Assembly: GCA_950097015.1 (NCBI GenBank) | Contig: CATNEN010000002.1 | Coordinates: forward strand, 4,898,001 to 4,962,000 | Length of the DNA stretch: 64,000 nt | Direction: 5' to 3' | DNA from: Macrostomum hystrix | Taxonomy: Eukaryota > Animalia > Platyhelminthes | In this document: positions 12,925 to 25,549 of the stretch, in pieces | Numbering within the stretch: the first letter of the stretch is position 1 | Layout of the letters: each line of letters opens with the position of its first letter | Position numbers and translations under genes: made by a program | The notes under the pieces: model-generated | Databases searched by the model: none | Told to the model about the DNA's origin: nothing | The model's input: the letters and a program-made list of their open reading frames with translations, nothing else

Positions 12925-13281
12925 ATGGGCCGACTGCACATTGTACACATGGGCGGCGAGCGGGTGTTCTCCTGCGCCAACTGCGACTGCCCACTGACCA
13001 ATCGGCAGCAGCTAGTCAGCACCCGCTTCACCGGAGCCACCGGGCGGGCCTTCCTATTTAACCGGGTGGTAAACCTGGACATGAGCGAGCTGCAAGACCG
13101 GGTTATGCTCACCGGTAGGCACATGGTTCGCGACGTGAGCTGCCGCAAGTGCAAGACTAAACTGGGCTGGGTGTACGAGTTTGCCACAGAGGAGAGCCAG
13201 CAGTACAAGGAAGGAAAAATCATTCTGGAGCGGGCTCTGATTAACGAGAGCGAAGGGTTTACCGATCCGGTCAAAGACTGA
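12925..13281 (+). CDS. YPEL5: Yippee-like protein, YPEL5 type, 118 aa, single coding exon
   Basis: [20 protein letters not shown]...[19 protein letters not shown]...[29 protein letters not shown]...[12 protein letters not shown], with two CxxC zinc pairs. True ATG is at 12925, not the ORF-track start. Confidence 0.95.
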   Translation: MGRLHIVHMGGERVFSCANCDCPLTNRQQLVSTRFTGATGRAFLFNRVVNLDMSELQDRVMLTGRHMVRDVSCRKCKTKLGWVYEFATEESQQYKEGKIILERALINESEGFTDPVKD

Positions 13282-14012
13282 GCCGTAATTATCTTTTCGT
13301 ACTATGCTAGGCTGTAGTTCAGAGAATAATAATGTACACTGAACCGCCCATAGAAATAGAATAGAAATTCAAGATTCGAACTCCCGACCTCTCCCAGTCC
13401 AAAAGTCCCACTGAGTCACTGCCTGTACTTCTTGACGAATTGGGTTAGGTCTAGTTTGTAAATATTTGTGTTCGTCTATGGTAAAACTCATTTGGCTCTA
13501 TTATCAGTGTGGACTGAAGTGTTGCAACGGCTCGTAACTGCAAACTAGACAAAGCCGATTATTTTATCGCACAGCTATCGTTCAAAGTCCATTGACTCAT
13601 CATCTGGCATTTCCTATGCAATTATTTTTATTCTAACATTTTATTTTCGTTAGGTTTCTAGTTTGACTGCATCGTGATTGTTTTTCGCTATGATTTTGAC
13701 TACGCACACATTTCGTGATTCTTGCACGTACCATTAGGTTGCAGATCATTTTTTACTTCATACCAATCTGCCTTATTACATTTCTCTTTATAAGCTGACC
13801 CTGTTGCTCGTGGTTAATCTGTCTAAAAGAAGTATTTTTTCAATCATCCACATTATGAGCAGCATTGATCCATTAGTTTGAGTCGCTTGGCTTTGTCCTT
13901 GGTCGGCCATTTTTGTACTTTTGCTTGAGCATATTTAACAATACGCAATTATCTAGCATTGTCTGCTATCTGACATTTAACCTCCCATTGCTGATTTATT
14001 ATCCTAGCAAAG

Positions 14013-14425
14013 GTGTACACTCCTACCTGACCAATCACTATGCCCATTGTACACTCCTTCCTGACCAATCACTATGCCCATTGTACACTCCTTCCTGACC
14101 AATCACTATGCCCATTGTACACTCCTTCCTGACCAATCACTATGCCCATTGTACACTCCTTCCTGACCAATCACTATGCCCATTGTACACTCCTTCCTGA
14201 CCAATCACTATGCCCATTGTACACTCCTTCCTGACCAATCACTATGCCCATTGTACACTCCTTCCTGACCAATCACTATGCCCATTGTACACTCCTTCCT
14301 GACCAATCACTATGCCCATTGTACACTCCTTCCTGACCAATCACTATGCCCATTGTACACTCCTTCCTGACCAATCACTATGCCCATTGTACACTCCTTC
14401 CTGACCAATCACTATCTCCATTGTG
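14013..14425 (+). repeat. 34-bp minisatellite (TTGTACACTCCTTCCTGACCAATCACTATGCCCA), ~12 near-perfect copies
   Basis: Directly visible. Confidence 0.97.
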
Positions 14426-14829
14426 CACTCGTCGACCAATCACCAGGTGAAGTATACATACTGCTTCTGCTCATTTTGCGTCGTTCAGGGTAATTCGGAA
14501 CTTAATTTTCTTGAGATCGTTTTGTCTTATATTTTTCGCACTTTTTCCTATTTCGTAGCTTCCAGTATCTGTCACTTAATTTCGCTACACATTTTCATTA
14601 TCAGGTGCAGAAAGTCTATGATATTTCAAATTTAAAAAAGTCTAATGAGCCTGTCTCGCCAATTCAATTCAATCACAAGAAGACCGGTTTGTTGACGTTG
14701 TTGACTTTAGCTTGTCATGTCACTCTCATGTCATGCTGTGTCTGAGAATAACTAATAAATTAAAACGGTTTTTGTCCAGTGAGAGTTTGATCGTTCGTTA
14801 ATTTTTGTTTTGATCAAGGTTTTAACTTT

Positions 14830-15000
14830 TAGTGTACACTTCACTGTGCCTAGGAGGTTGGCCCTCAAGGGCGTAAATTGTACGACAAGCCCCCAAGCCT
14901 TCTCCACGCGGCCGCGCCCCAAATAAATGTGGCCTCGCCGTGGAATCGAACTTAGGGAGCGTGGTGCGAGAGGCAAACGCGTTAAACGCTCTGCCACCGA
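14830..15000 (-). mobile_element. SINE family A, 5' part with tRNA-like head
   Basis: Minus strand reads GGTGGCAGAGCG (A-box-like)...GTTCGATTCC (B-box), followed by the family A body. Confidence 0.85.
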
Positions 15001-15100
15001 CCCCCCGAGAAGCGCTGCTAGTTTCTATTATATTTCTATTCTACTGTAAAATTCTATTTATTCCTGAACTCGCTGCAGCTTCCACCAACACTATCACACA

Positions 15101-18100
15101 ATGGAGCAGGCTGTGAATGAATCTGCTGTCAAAAGCTCCGAGCAGTTTGAGCAGTGCTCATTCTTTGTAGCCAGGAAGCAGCGCAGGTGCCGCTTGCGCG
15201 CGATGCCCGGCCAGACATTGTGCGTTGAACACTGCCCATCCGGCCTGGCTGCTCCTGACGACAGTCGGGGCGACCGCATCCGATGTCCACTAGATCCAAA
15301 GCACACTGTGTACGCCAAGCAATTAGAGAAACACCTGACCAGGTGCAACTCCAGGCCTAGGCTAACTGGTCAGCTGTTTTATCAGCCGGGTGTGAATTCA
15401 TGCGATTCTGCCGAGGACAAGAGTCACGATAAGCGATGGAGCCTGTTGGATCCGCCTGAGCACATGCGCTCCAGAATCAGTGAGATTATCGCTCTGGTGG
15501 AGTCTCTTGTTCCTGACTCTGAACTGTCCACGGCTGAGGATTGTTCTGATGGCATCCTTAGCAACAGCGATTGGCCAACAATGGCTGCCGAATTGGAGGC
15601 TGTTGCCAAGCGAGCAGCCGCTTCTTTAGAGAAGAAGTCGCCAGGAAAGCGTGGCCGCAGAGACTCAGCGGGTTCCTACTCTTCGTCATCGTCTGACGAA
15701 GACGCTGATGGCGACCCCAGGGCGGTGACCAACCTTCGTCAGCAGGCGAACCTGCTGGCCCTGGCCGAGCGGTCCAGCCTGCTGCGCAGTCCGTGCGCCT
15801 ACGTGGAATTCGGCGCCGGGAAGGGTCACTTGTGCCACTGGGTGGCCCGCTATTGGCTAGAGAAGGCCTCAGCAATGCCAGGCAGTCTGAATGCCAGCGA
15901 GTTCGTTGATCCGAACGCCTACCTGCTGATTGATCGCGGCTCGGTGCGCAACAAATTCGATTGCGCTCACAAATACTCCGGCCAGCGATTCGCTCGCATT
16001 CGCATCGACATTGCCGACCTTGTGCTGCGTCGACTGCTGCTTCAGGCATCACCGCTGACGAATCTGCCGTTGAAGAAGGCCAAGCCGAAGCCAGTTCTTC
16101 CAGGCAATGTGGCTGCGAAGTATAAAACTGTTTCTAAAGCTGGCGATAATGCATCCTTAGCAACCGGTGAAGGTCATTCCGTTAACCTAAAAGCAGTAGT
16201 CTCTGACAAAACATCCATCGTTGTAGCAACACCTGCTTCAGATAACATCTCGGCATCCATGGCAACAGAAGCCTCTGGAACTAACTTGAACTCCATGGCA
16301 ACAGAAGCCTCTGGAACTAACTTGAACTCCATAGCAACAGAAGCCTCTGGAACTAACTCAAACTCCATGGCAACAGAAGCCTCTGGAACTAACTTGAACT
16401 CCATAGCAACAGAAGCCTCTGGAACTAACTCAAACTCCATGGCAACAGAAGCCTCTGGAACTAACTCAAACTCCATGGCAACAGAAGCCTCTGGAACTAA
16501 CTCAAACTCCATGGCAACAGAAGCCTCTGAAACTAACTCGAACTCCATGGCAACAGAAGCCTCTGGAACTAACTCGAACTCCATGGCAACAGAAGCCTCT
16601 GGAACTAACTCAAACTCCATGGCAACAGAAGCTTTAGAAAATAAATCGGCTCCCTTGCCAACGGTTACAAATGCATCCGTGAACGTACAAGAAGCCAGCA
16701 GGTGTGGTGTTACTGCGCTGGGCAAACACCTGTGCGGCGCTGCCACCGATCTGGCTTTGCGTTGCCTGGCCGGGTTAGACGATTCGCCTAAAGACGAGAA
16801 AATTTCTAAGCAGAAGGGAGAAAATGAAAAGCATTTAGGACACACGGACGCCAGTGACAGGTTGGTCCTGTTACTGCTTTCCATTGTTTCTTTCAGATTT
16901 CTGTTCATGCAAAATGATAAGTTGTGTGTTGGCAATCAGTTCATATGATTTTACATACTCCAGCCCGACTGCCCGTAGCGACGGCTGTAGCAGCAACAAA
17001 CGGCCCCGCGTCGCCATGCCTGACTCCGTACGCCAGCGAAGGTCATCCAGCATCGGCCCAGTCGGCGGAGTGATCGCCCTGTGCTGTCACCATCGCTGCC
17101 TCTGGTCCGCCTACGTCGGCAAGCGGCACCTGGCCAGCGTTGGCATTGGGCCGGATGAATTTCACGCCATCTGCCGCATGGCCGGCTGGGCCACCTGCGC
17201 TGGCAAAGCGGAACGGAAGAGGCGCCTGATGAATGATGACAGGTGATGAAAATTTCTCTATGGATAATAATAATTGTAGCAGACCTCTCAGCTCTCTCTC
17301 TCTCTCTATTTGTTGGATTTGGGATTGGTGAGCTGAGTATTTGGGGGGAATGGTAGCGTAAGTTATGAGGGTGAGAATAGGTATTTTTCACGCTGTTCGT
17401 GTTATACCTAAGGTAGCGCTAATGCCCGAGCGACAAGACACTAGTTAGCTACTAACAATGGGAGCGGAATTTACTGCTGCTGGCACGAGAGCTAAGGTCA
17501 CTGATCTGGGCACACAGTCCGTGGGGCGTATCAGGATGGATCGAAGTTGCCTGGTGAACGTCCTTCGCAATCTCACTTACTTTCCTCTATGGGGTCCGGA
17601 ATTAGTACAGTTTCATTAGGGGGATAAAGGCGAGTTTTGGGACTTCAGGGGGGTATTTAGGGAACTTCAGGTGGACTTTTAGATGGGATTTTACGACTTT
17701 ATATTTGGGATTTCAAAGGGATCATATAATAGGGTGACTTCGGGTAAAGAAGGCCGACAAGATATCTTTGGGAGAGGATTGGGAAGGCAAAGGTATCTAA
17801 TTGTTTTCTCCTATTAGGAAAACACTAAAGAACTCGATTTATTTTAATATCGAAACAGGGAAAGAGGTATGAAGTGGAATTGCTTATATTTCGTAGAGCA
17901 AAACGTTAAGAACGTATAAAACGTAAAGCAGGTCCAACATGGGTAACAAGGTTAACCACAGTGTTATCGGGTGGTTGGGATCGAGGTGAAGATCGCATTT
18001 TATTTTTCTCTGTATATATATACCAAAATTGGGGTGGGTGCATGTTCCGCTTGAGTGCGCATACAACGAACAAAAAGCACCGCGTGAGGTTACGACAAAT

Positions 18101-18777
18101 AGCTAGCGCGCGAGAAAAAGTGGCGGGAATTCAAAATGAAAAAGTTTCCTAATTATTCGCTGCCTCATAATGCTAATAATAATTGTTGGAGGGCTGCAGG
18201 CAATGGCACATCATTTAGTGACACTAGACCCGCAGCCAGCGAGGAGGCAATTCTATCCATTTCGCTGACTCCTAAGCACACACGCTCACACGGGTGTGTA
18301 CATCCGCCCTGACTTTCTCATTGTCAGGCCGTGTACACTTTCACTGTGCTTTGGAGGTTGGCCCTCAAGGGCGCGAATTGCACGACAAGCCCCCAAGCCT
18401 TCTCTCCGCAGCTGCGGCCCAAATCAATGTGGCCTCACCTCGGAATCGAGCTCAGGGACCTTAGTGCGGAAGGCTAACGCGTTGACCTCCCTTGGTCTAT
18501 GGATTCTTGTCATGAATATTCTGGCCTTAACTGTAGATACTGTACTTCTTGACCTAGCCATCAGTTAAGCAGCTTTTGTCAATTATCTCTCTCTCATGTA
18601 ATGTCGCCCCGCTTTGTCAGGCGCGAATTGATCGGCCTAAAGTGCAAACGGCTCATCGACGCCGGCCGGGTGGCCTACCTCACGGAGCAGCTGGGCTATT
18701 CGGCCAGATTAGTTCGCTACGCCAGTCAGGCGGACACTCTGGAGAACGCCGCTCTCGTCTTCTCTCGGAGTATTTGA
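15101..18777 (+). CDS. TRMT13: tRNA:m4X methyltransferase TRM13; join(15101..16860,16964..17242,18621..18777), 731 aa if the repeat insert is coding
   Basis: N-terminal zinc fingers (C.FFVARKQRRC...C.EH; RIRCPLDPKHTV..KQLEKHLTRC), EFGAGKGHL, LIDR, RIRIDIADL, GKHLCGAATDLALRCL, IALCCHHRC, and last exon CKRLIDAGRVAYL...LEN. Both introns are phase-2 GT-AG. Confidence 0.9.
16258..16630 (+). repeat. 36-bp tandem repeat (~10 copies) in frame within TRMT13, encoding MATEASGTNSNS
   Basis: ATGGCAACAGAAGCCTCTGGAACTAACTCAAACTCC repeated; the frame stays open. Confidence 0.95.
18175..18490 (-). mobile_element. SINE family A, near full-length, TRMT13 intron 2
   Basis: B-box-like GCTCGATTCC on the minus strand, shared body, (ATT)-type tail at ~18175. 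Confidence 0.85.
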
Positions 18778-19084
18778 CCCGGTCATAAAGCATGACTTTC
18801 TAAGAATTAAAGGGTCGAGCATGTTTCAATTTTTTCCACCGTCTTGCTCACAATTTACTGAATCTATAGTGGTAGAATTGATAGAAAATATAATTGGCTT
18901 TGGTTATTGAACTCTTTCAAACGGTCAAGCAGCTTTCAAAGAAATTGGCTTTGCTGTTGTTTGCTTATTTTTTTACTGATTGATCTGTTAGTCCTGCATT
19001 AGTTTCGCTGGATGGCTTGAGTAGAGTGAGCCGTATTTTTGTTGGTTTCTCGTACGCGAGTAATAAAGTTAACCAGTTGGCCTT

Positions 19085-19570
19085 TTAAAAGTTGTGTACA
19101 GTAATCAGTCCGTGGACTGGATGGGTTGCCACGCTGTCCAACAAAATTTCTACCCAAATAGAAATGACGCTGGTACCCATTTAACAGCTGGACTAAGAAC
19201 TGAGTAGCTTGCTCTTAAAGACACAAGTTGTCTCCCTTTAGCTCAGATACGAACCCCCGACCTCTTTGTCAGAAGTCAAAACTCCCGATGTTAGCGTATT
19301 GATTACACCTGCCCCAATTGGGCCAGATGTGCAGCCGACAGAACAGTCGCAGCTGTTGCCCGGCGCATCTAAGGGCTGCGTACAGCTGTTCAGTCCATGG
19401 ACTGGTGGGACAACACACCGACCCTAAATTACCCCAGCTGATGCTGGTACCCATTTAACAGCTGCGTGAACTGAAGCAATGCAAAGTTAATTGTCTTGCT
19501 AAAGTTCACAAATTGTTCCAGTGGAGTTGGGAAAGAAACCCCGACGCTTTTACCACTAGGCTACATCCTT
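19085..19570 (-). mobile_element. Two adjacent copies of SINE family B (tRNA head plus CORE-like domain)
   Basis: Minus strand TAGCCTAGTGGTAAAAGCG head and CAGCTGTTAAATGGGTACCAGC core. Matches plus-strand copies at 25.55 and 51.98 kb. Confidence 0.8.
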
Positions 19571-19629
19571 TTACTGATGCATTTCTGATGATTACTTATT
19601 CATTGTATTTAACAATTCTTAAACTTCAG

Positions 19630-22600
19630 GACGGCTTCGACTTTGACTACGACTCTGGCTCGGGCGGTGATGAAGCGGCAAGGAGTTTGGAACTGGCTCA
19701 GGCTAGAGATAACTACCGGCCCAGAGTGCTGGCTGAGGGCGTAAGTTCGAATGTGCTGACTGCACTGTTAAATTATTAGCAAGCCATCCGCCTATATGTT
19801 GCGCTACGTAGATTAGCAACTATGATTAAACAATTGTCTTTTGTAATTACGTGCCATGAAAATTATCTTAAGGCAAGATGTACAGCCAGTAGCTGCGTTC
19901 AGTCCGTGGACTGGGGTGGGACCGCCATGCCTAGTCGAATGCTCAAACCACTAACTGGCCTTCCCCCCCAGAGCTTGAATCCTCGCTTCATTAACGTTGT
20001 TAACTCCTTTAACTTCTTCTAGTGGTTCTTAGAGGCCGATCAACAACAGCCCGTCAGCTCCGGTGGCAGCTGCTCTGATCAGCCGCAGGACAGCGAGCAG
20101 CTCTCTGTGCTCAAGCTGCGCGCCGATCTGCAGTACTTCGAGTCTCGCTACGATGCTGCCCTGGCTGACTACACGACCGCTCTTGGTGCGCACTTTCGAT
20201 CGTGGGATTAGCTGTAGAATTAGCTGTAGGATTAACAGTAGGATTAGCTGTGGATTAACTGTAGGATTAGCTGTAGATTAGCTGTAGGATTAGCTGTGGC
20301 TTAGCTGTAGGATTAGCTGTAGAATTAGCTGTAGATTAGCTGTGGATTAACTGTAGGATTAGCTGTAGAATTAGCTGTAGGATTAGCTGTGGATTAGCTG
20401 TAGATTAGCTGTGGATTAACTGTAGGATTAGCTGTGGATTAGCTGTGGATTAACTGTAGGATTAGCTGTAGGATTAGCTATGGATTAGCTGTGGATTAAC
20501 TGTAGGATTAGCTGTAGATTAGCTGTAGGATTAGCTGTGGCTTAGCTGTAGATTAGCTGTGGATTAACTGTAGGATTAGCTGTAGAATTAGCTGTAGGAT
20601 TAGCTATGGATTAGCTGTGGATTAGCTGTGGATTAGCTGTAGGATGAGCTATGTATTAACTGTGGATTAACTGTGGATTAGCTGTAGGATTAGCTGCAGG
20701 ATTAGCAGTGGATTAGCTGTCGGATCATTTTTCAACACGTTTTTGATAAATACATTTTTTTTTAAGTTAATTTCTGAACGGTTAAAAAACGGTTAAAAAG
20801 GTGAATAACTCAGATTGTATTTCCACGCCTTTGTCCAGAGATGGTCCCAGTCACCAACGCCATTGTTCGACGAGACATTCTCGAAGCTGTCGCTCGCTGC
20901 CAGTCCATCCTGGGTCGAACTTCCGACGCTCTTGAGATCGCTCGCAAACAGGTGAGAAAGGCTAGGATTCGCAAGCTCACACAAGCTATTTATTTTCCTA
21001 TCTAGCGTAATTCAATTGACACTTGACCCGCCGACACAGCTAGGTGAATGCAGCACCGATGACCAGACCATGGCAGCCTACAACCTGTTGCTGGACATCT
21101 ACTCCAAATCAGCCGCTAGTTTGGCCTCTCTAAGCTCGGACAGCTTCAGATTCGCGCTGCAGAACTGCCTGCTGTTGAATCCGCTGTGCGACCGTCTCTG
21201 GCGCCAGCTCGCTGAGGTGTACACCGGCTCGGGCGACACTGCCAGACGGGATGTCTGTTTACATGCGGCTCAGTGAGTTTGCATTTGAGGATCGGTGACA
21301 ATCGGTGACGTTGGTGACAAAAACGATGTCCGAATTCGATACCGAATTAATTCGGTACTAATTACACGGCCTACCTAGATATTTCAACTCTCGATGGAAT
21401 AGGTTACGCTCCTTAGCTTTAATAATGCTGTAATAAGCCGTTGGAAAACGTCCTATATGTGCCAGATGATCGACAAATGTCTTTGAATAGGTGAAAATAT
21501 CATCGATATTGCACTTCGCAAATTTATGTTAAATTCCTAATAGAACTAAATTCATCAAATGTTGAAACGTTCATCAGATTCAGGATAGAGGATTTGAGGA
21601 TTCCATGTATAACATGTTACTGTTCCGATGACTAACATGTTACAGTCTAATATGTTACAGTCTAGCATGTTACAGTCTAGCATGTTACAGTCTAGCATGT
21701 TACAGTCTAACATGTTACAGTCTAACATGTTACAGTCTAACATGTTACAGTCCCATGACTAACATATTATAAGTATCGGACTATAAGTAAAGATTATCGG
21801 ACTATAAGTAAAGATTATCGGACTATAAGTAAAGATTATCGGACTATAAGTACAGATTATTTAAGTATCGGATTATAAGTACAGATTATTTAAGTATCGG
21901 ACTTTAAGTACAGATTATTTAAGTATCGGATTATAAGTACAGATTATTTAAGTAGCGGATTATAAGTACAGATTATTTAAGTATCGGATTATAATTACAG
22001 ATTATTTAAGTATCGGACTTTAAGTACAGATTATTTAAGTATCGGACTATAAGTACAGATTATTTAAGTAGCGGATTATAAGTACAGATTATTTAAGTAG
22101 CGGATTATAAGTACAGATTATTTAAGTATCGGACTATAAGTACAGATTATTTAAGTAGCGGATTATAAGTACAGATTATTTAAGTATCGGATTATAAGTA
22201 CAGATTATTTAAGTATCGGACTATAAGTACAGATTATTTAAGTAGCGGATTATAAGTACAGATTATTTAAGTAGCGGATTATAAGTACAGATTATTTAAG
22301 TAGCGGATTATAAGTACAGATTATTTAAGTAGCGGATTATAAGTACAGATTATTTAAGTAGCGGATTATAAGTACAGATTATTTAAGTATCGGACTATAA
22401 GTACAGATTATTTAAGTATCGGACTTTAAGTACAGATTATTTAAGTATCGGATTATAAGTACAGATTATTTAAGTATCGGATTATAAGTACAGATTATTT
22501 AAGTAGCGGATTATAAGTACAGATTATTTAAGTATCGGACTATAAGTACAGATTATTTAAGTATCGGACTATAAGTACAGATTATTTAAGTAGCGGATTA

Positions 22601-25076
22601 TAAGTACAGATTATTTAAGTAGCGGATTATAAGTACAGATTATTTAAGTATCGGATTATAAGTACAGATTATTTAAGTAGCGGATTATAAGTACAGATTA
22701 TTTAAGTATCGGACTATAAGTACAGATTATTTAAGTATCGGACTATAAGTACAGATTATTTAAGTAGCGGATTATAAGTACAGATTATTTAAGTATCGGA
22801 TTATAAGTACAGACTATTTAAGTATCGGATTATAAGTACAGATTATTTAAGTATCGGACTTTAAGTACAGATTATTTAAGTATCGGATTATAAGTACAGA
22901 TTATTTAAGTAGCGGATTATAAGTACAGATTATTTATGTATCAGACTATATGTACAGATTATTTAAGTATTGGACTATAAGTACAGATTATATAAGTATC
23001 GGATTATAAGTACAGATTATTTAAGTATCGGACTATAAGTACAGATTATATAAGTATCGGATTATAAGTACAGATTATTTAAGTAGCGGATTATAAGTAC
23101 AGATTATTTAAGTATCGGATTATAAGTACAGACTATTTAAGTATCGGATTATAAGTACAGATTATTTAAGTATCGGATTATAAGTACAGATTATTTAAGT
23201 AGCGGATTATAAGTACAGATTATTTAAGTATCGGATTATAAGTACAGACTATTTAAGTATCGGATTATAAGTACAGATTATTTAAGTATCGGATTATAAG
23301 TACAGATTATTTAAGTATCGGACTATAAGTACAGATTATTTAAGTATCGGACTATAAGTACAGATTATTTAAGTATCGGACTATAAGTACAGATTATTTA
23401 AGTAGCGGATTATAAGTACAGATTATTTAAGTATCGGACTTTAAGTACAGATTATTTAAGTATCGGATTATAAGTACAGATTATTTAAGTATCGGACTTT
23501 AAGTACAGATTATTTAAGTATCGGATTATAAGTACAGATTATTTAAGTATTGGACTATAAGTACAGATTATATAAGTATCGGATTATAAGTACAGATTAT
23601 TTAAGTATCGGACTATAAGTACAGATTATATAAGTATCGGATTATAAGTACAGATTATTTAAGTATCGGATTATAAGTACAGATTATTTAAGTAGCGGAT
23701 TATAAGTACAGATTATTTAAGTAGCGGATTATAAGTAAAGATTATTTAAGTATCGGACTATAAGTACAGATTATTTAAGTATCGGATTATAAGTACAGAT
23801 TATTTAAGTATCGGACTATAAGTACAGATTATTTAAGTAGCGGATTATAAGTACAGATTATTTAAGTATCGGACTATAAGTACAGATTATTTAAGTATCG
23901 GACTATAAGTACAGATTATTTAAGTATCGGATTATAAGTACAGATTATTTAAGTATCGGATTATAAGTACAGATTATTTAAGTATCGGACTTTAAGTACA
24001 GATTATTTAAGTATCGGATTATAAGTACAGATTATTTATGTATCAGACTATATGTACAGATTATTTAAGTATTGGACTATAAGTACAGATTATTTAAGTA
24101 TTGGACTATAAGTAAAGATTATTTAAGTATCGGACTATAAGTACAGATTATTTAAGTATTGGACTATAAGTACAGATTATTTAAGTATCGGATTATAAGT
24201 ACAGATTATTTAAGTATCGGATTATAAGTACAGATTATTTAAGTATCGGATTATAAGTACAGATTATTGAAGTATCGGATTATAAGTACAGATTATTTAA
24301 GTATCGGACTTTAAGTACAGATTATTTAAGTATCGGATTATAAGTACAGATTATTTATGTATCAGACTATATGTACAGATTATTTAAGTATTGGACTATA
24401 AGTACAGATTATATAAGTATCGGATTATAAGTACAGATTATTTAAGTAGCGGATTATAAGTACAGATTATTTAAGTATTGGACTATAAGCACAGATTATT
24501 TAAGTATCGGACTATAAGTACAGATTATTTAAGTATCGGACTATAAGTACAGATTATTTAAGTAGCGGATTATAAGTACAGATTATTTAAGTAGCGGATT
24601 ATAAGTACAGATTATTTAAGTAGCGGATTATAAGTACAGATTATTTAAGTAGCGGATTATAAGTACAGATTATTTAAGTATCGGATCATAAATATCCGAA
24701 CATAAAAAATCGCCGAATGTTTTTATTGTCGATGCGCAACACTGCCTGCGTGTCAACAAAGCATTTGACTGTCTTCCCCTTTATCTAAAACCGCCAACGC
24801 AGCCACATCACCACAGTGCTGGCTGTTCAAGAGAGCAACCTGCGACTAGTGCAGCAGCCGGGCCAGTCGGAGGACATTAGAAGGGCTCCAATCGCTTGCA
24901 AGGCGATGGCTCTGATCAGTTTTCATGCCAACTACCGGAATCTGCCTTATTCTGGTCGGCTCTGGGAGCGGCTCAACTTTAAAGAGGCCAACGCCGGGTT
25001 TGATAGAAAGCGAATTGACTCAGGCGGCAACGAGGCTTTGTTCGACTCCATCTATTTCTCGGAACTGTCTAAATAG
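19630..25076 (+). CDS. TPR-like protein resembling C8orf76; join(19630..19740,20023..20185,20839..20951,21040..21272,24803..25076)
   Basis: YRPRVLAEG|WFLE...VLKLRADLQY..RYDAALADY, RRDILEAVARCQSILGR..DALEIA and LQNCLLLNPLCDRLWRQLAEVY recall C8orf76 (recognised from memory, not searched). Four GT-AG introns with consistent phases 0,1,0,2. First exon opens at ttcag|GAC. Confidence 0.75.
20205..20720 (+). repeat. ~10-12-bp minisatellite (GATTAGCTGTAG/GATTAGCTGTG), intron 2
   Basis: Directly visible. Confidence 0.95.
21610..21762 (+). repeat. 15-bp tandem repeat (AACATGTTACAGTCT), intron 4
   Basis: Directly visible. Source of the (MLDCN)n ORF. Confidence 0.9.
21770..24690 (+). repeat. 29-bp AT-rich satellite (AAGTACAGATTATTTAAGTATCGGATTAT), ~100 copies, intron 4
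   Basis: Directly visible. Variants tatcgg/tagcgg and attat/actat/acttt. Confidence 0.98.
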
Positions 25077-25549
25077 GAATCTGGATGTGGACTGGCTTGT
25101 TTTGTGTTAGTTCTTAATTGAAAATTATGCGCTGTAAATTTCTTGATATAATTCTGCCGATATAGTTCGTACTATAACTTCAACTTGTTTCTAAAAATAG
25201 CATCGTGTGCGTGACTCATGTTGCTGTGTCTATAAATAGCGGCACGTGTAGTAGTATATATGTCGTCGACTTATTTTACCATCAAAATATTAGTAGAAGT
25301 TCCAAAACTTTCTATTTTGCATTTTCTGTCTCTAAAAGGTACAGTTTATTGCAAGGAAGTCAATGCATCTTATAAATTGCGTTGCTGCATCTTTTATTTA
25401 GAAAACGGAATTAAAATGAAATGTTATTCGCTTTTTGTTATTTCTCGTGAGGAAAAAATCTCTGTTCCTGATTCGCAAAATTGTTAATCATCTTAAATGT
25501 CTCACGTAAAAAGCTAATTATGTACGAGTACATCAATTATCTGTAGGGA

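Noticed and set aside
16174-16935. 253-aa antisense ORF with VPEASVAMEF repeats
   Set aside because: Mirror of the 36-bp repeat on the TRMT13 strand; no independent evidence.
21340-21357. Perfect palindromes TACCGAATTAATTCGGTA (21340), CTAGGGCTATAGCCCTAG (~62600) and an 11-bp-arm hairpin at 63001-63027
   Set aside because: Isolated, with no shared sequence or positional pattern; a few are expected in repeat-rich DNA.
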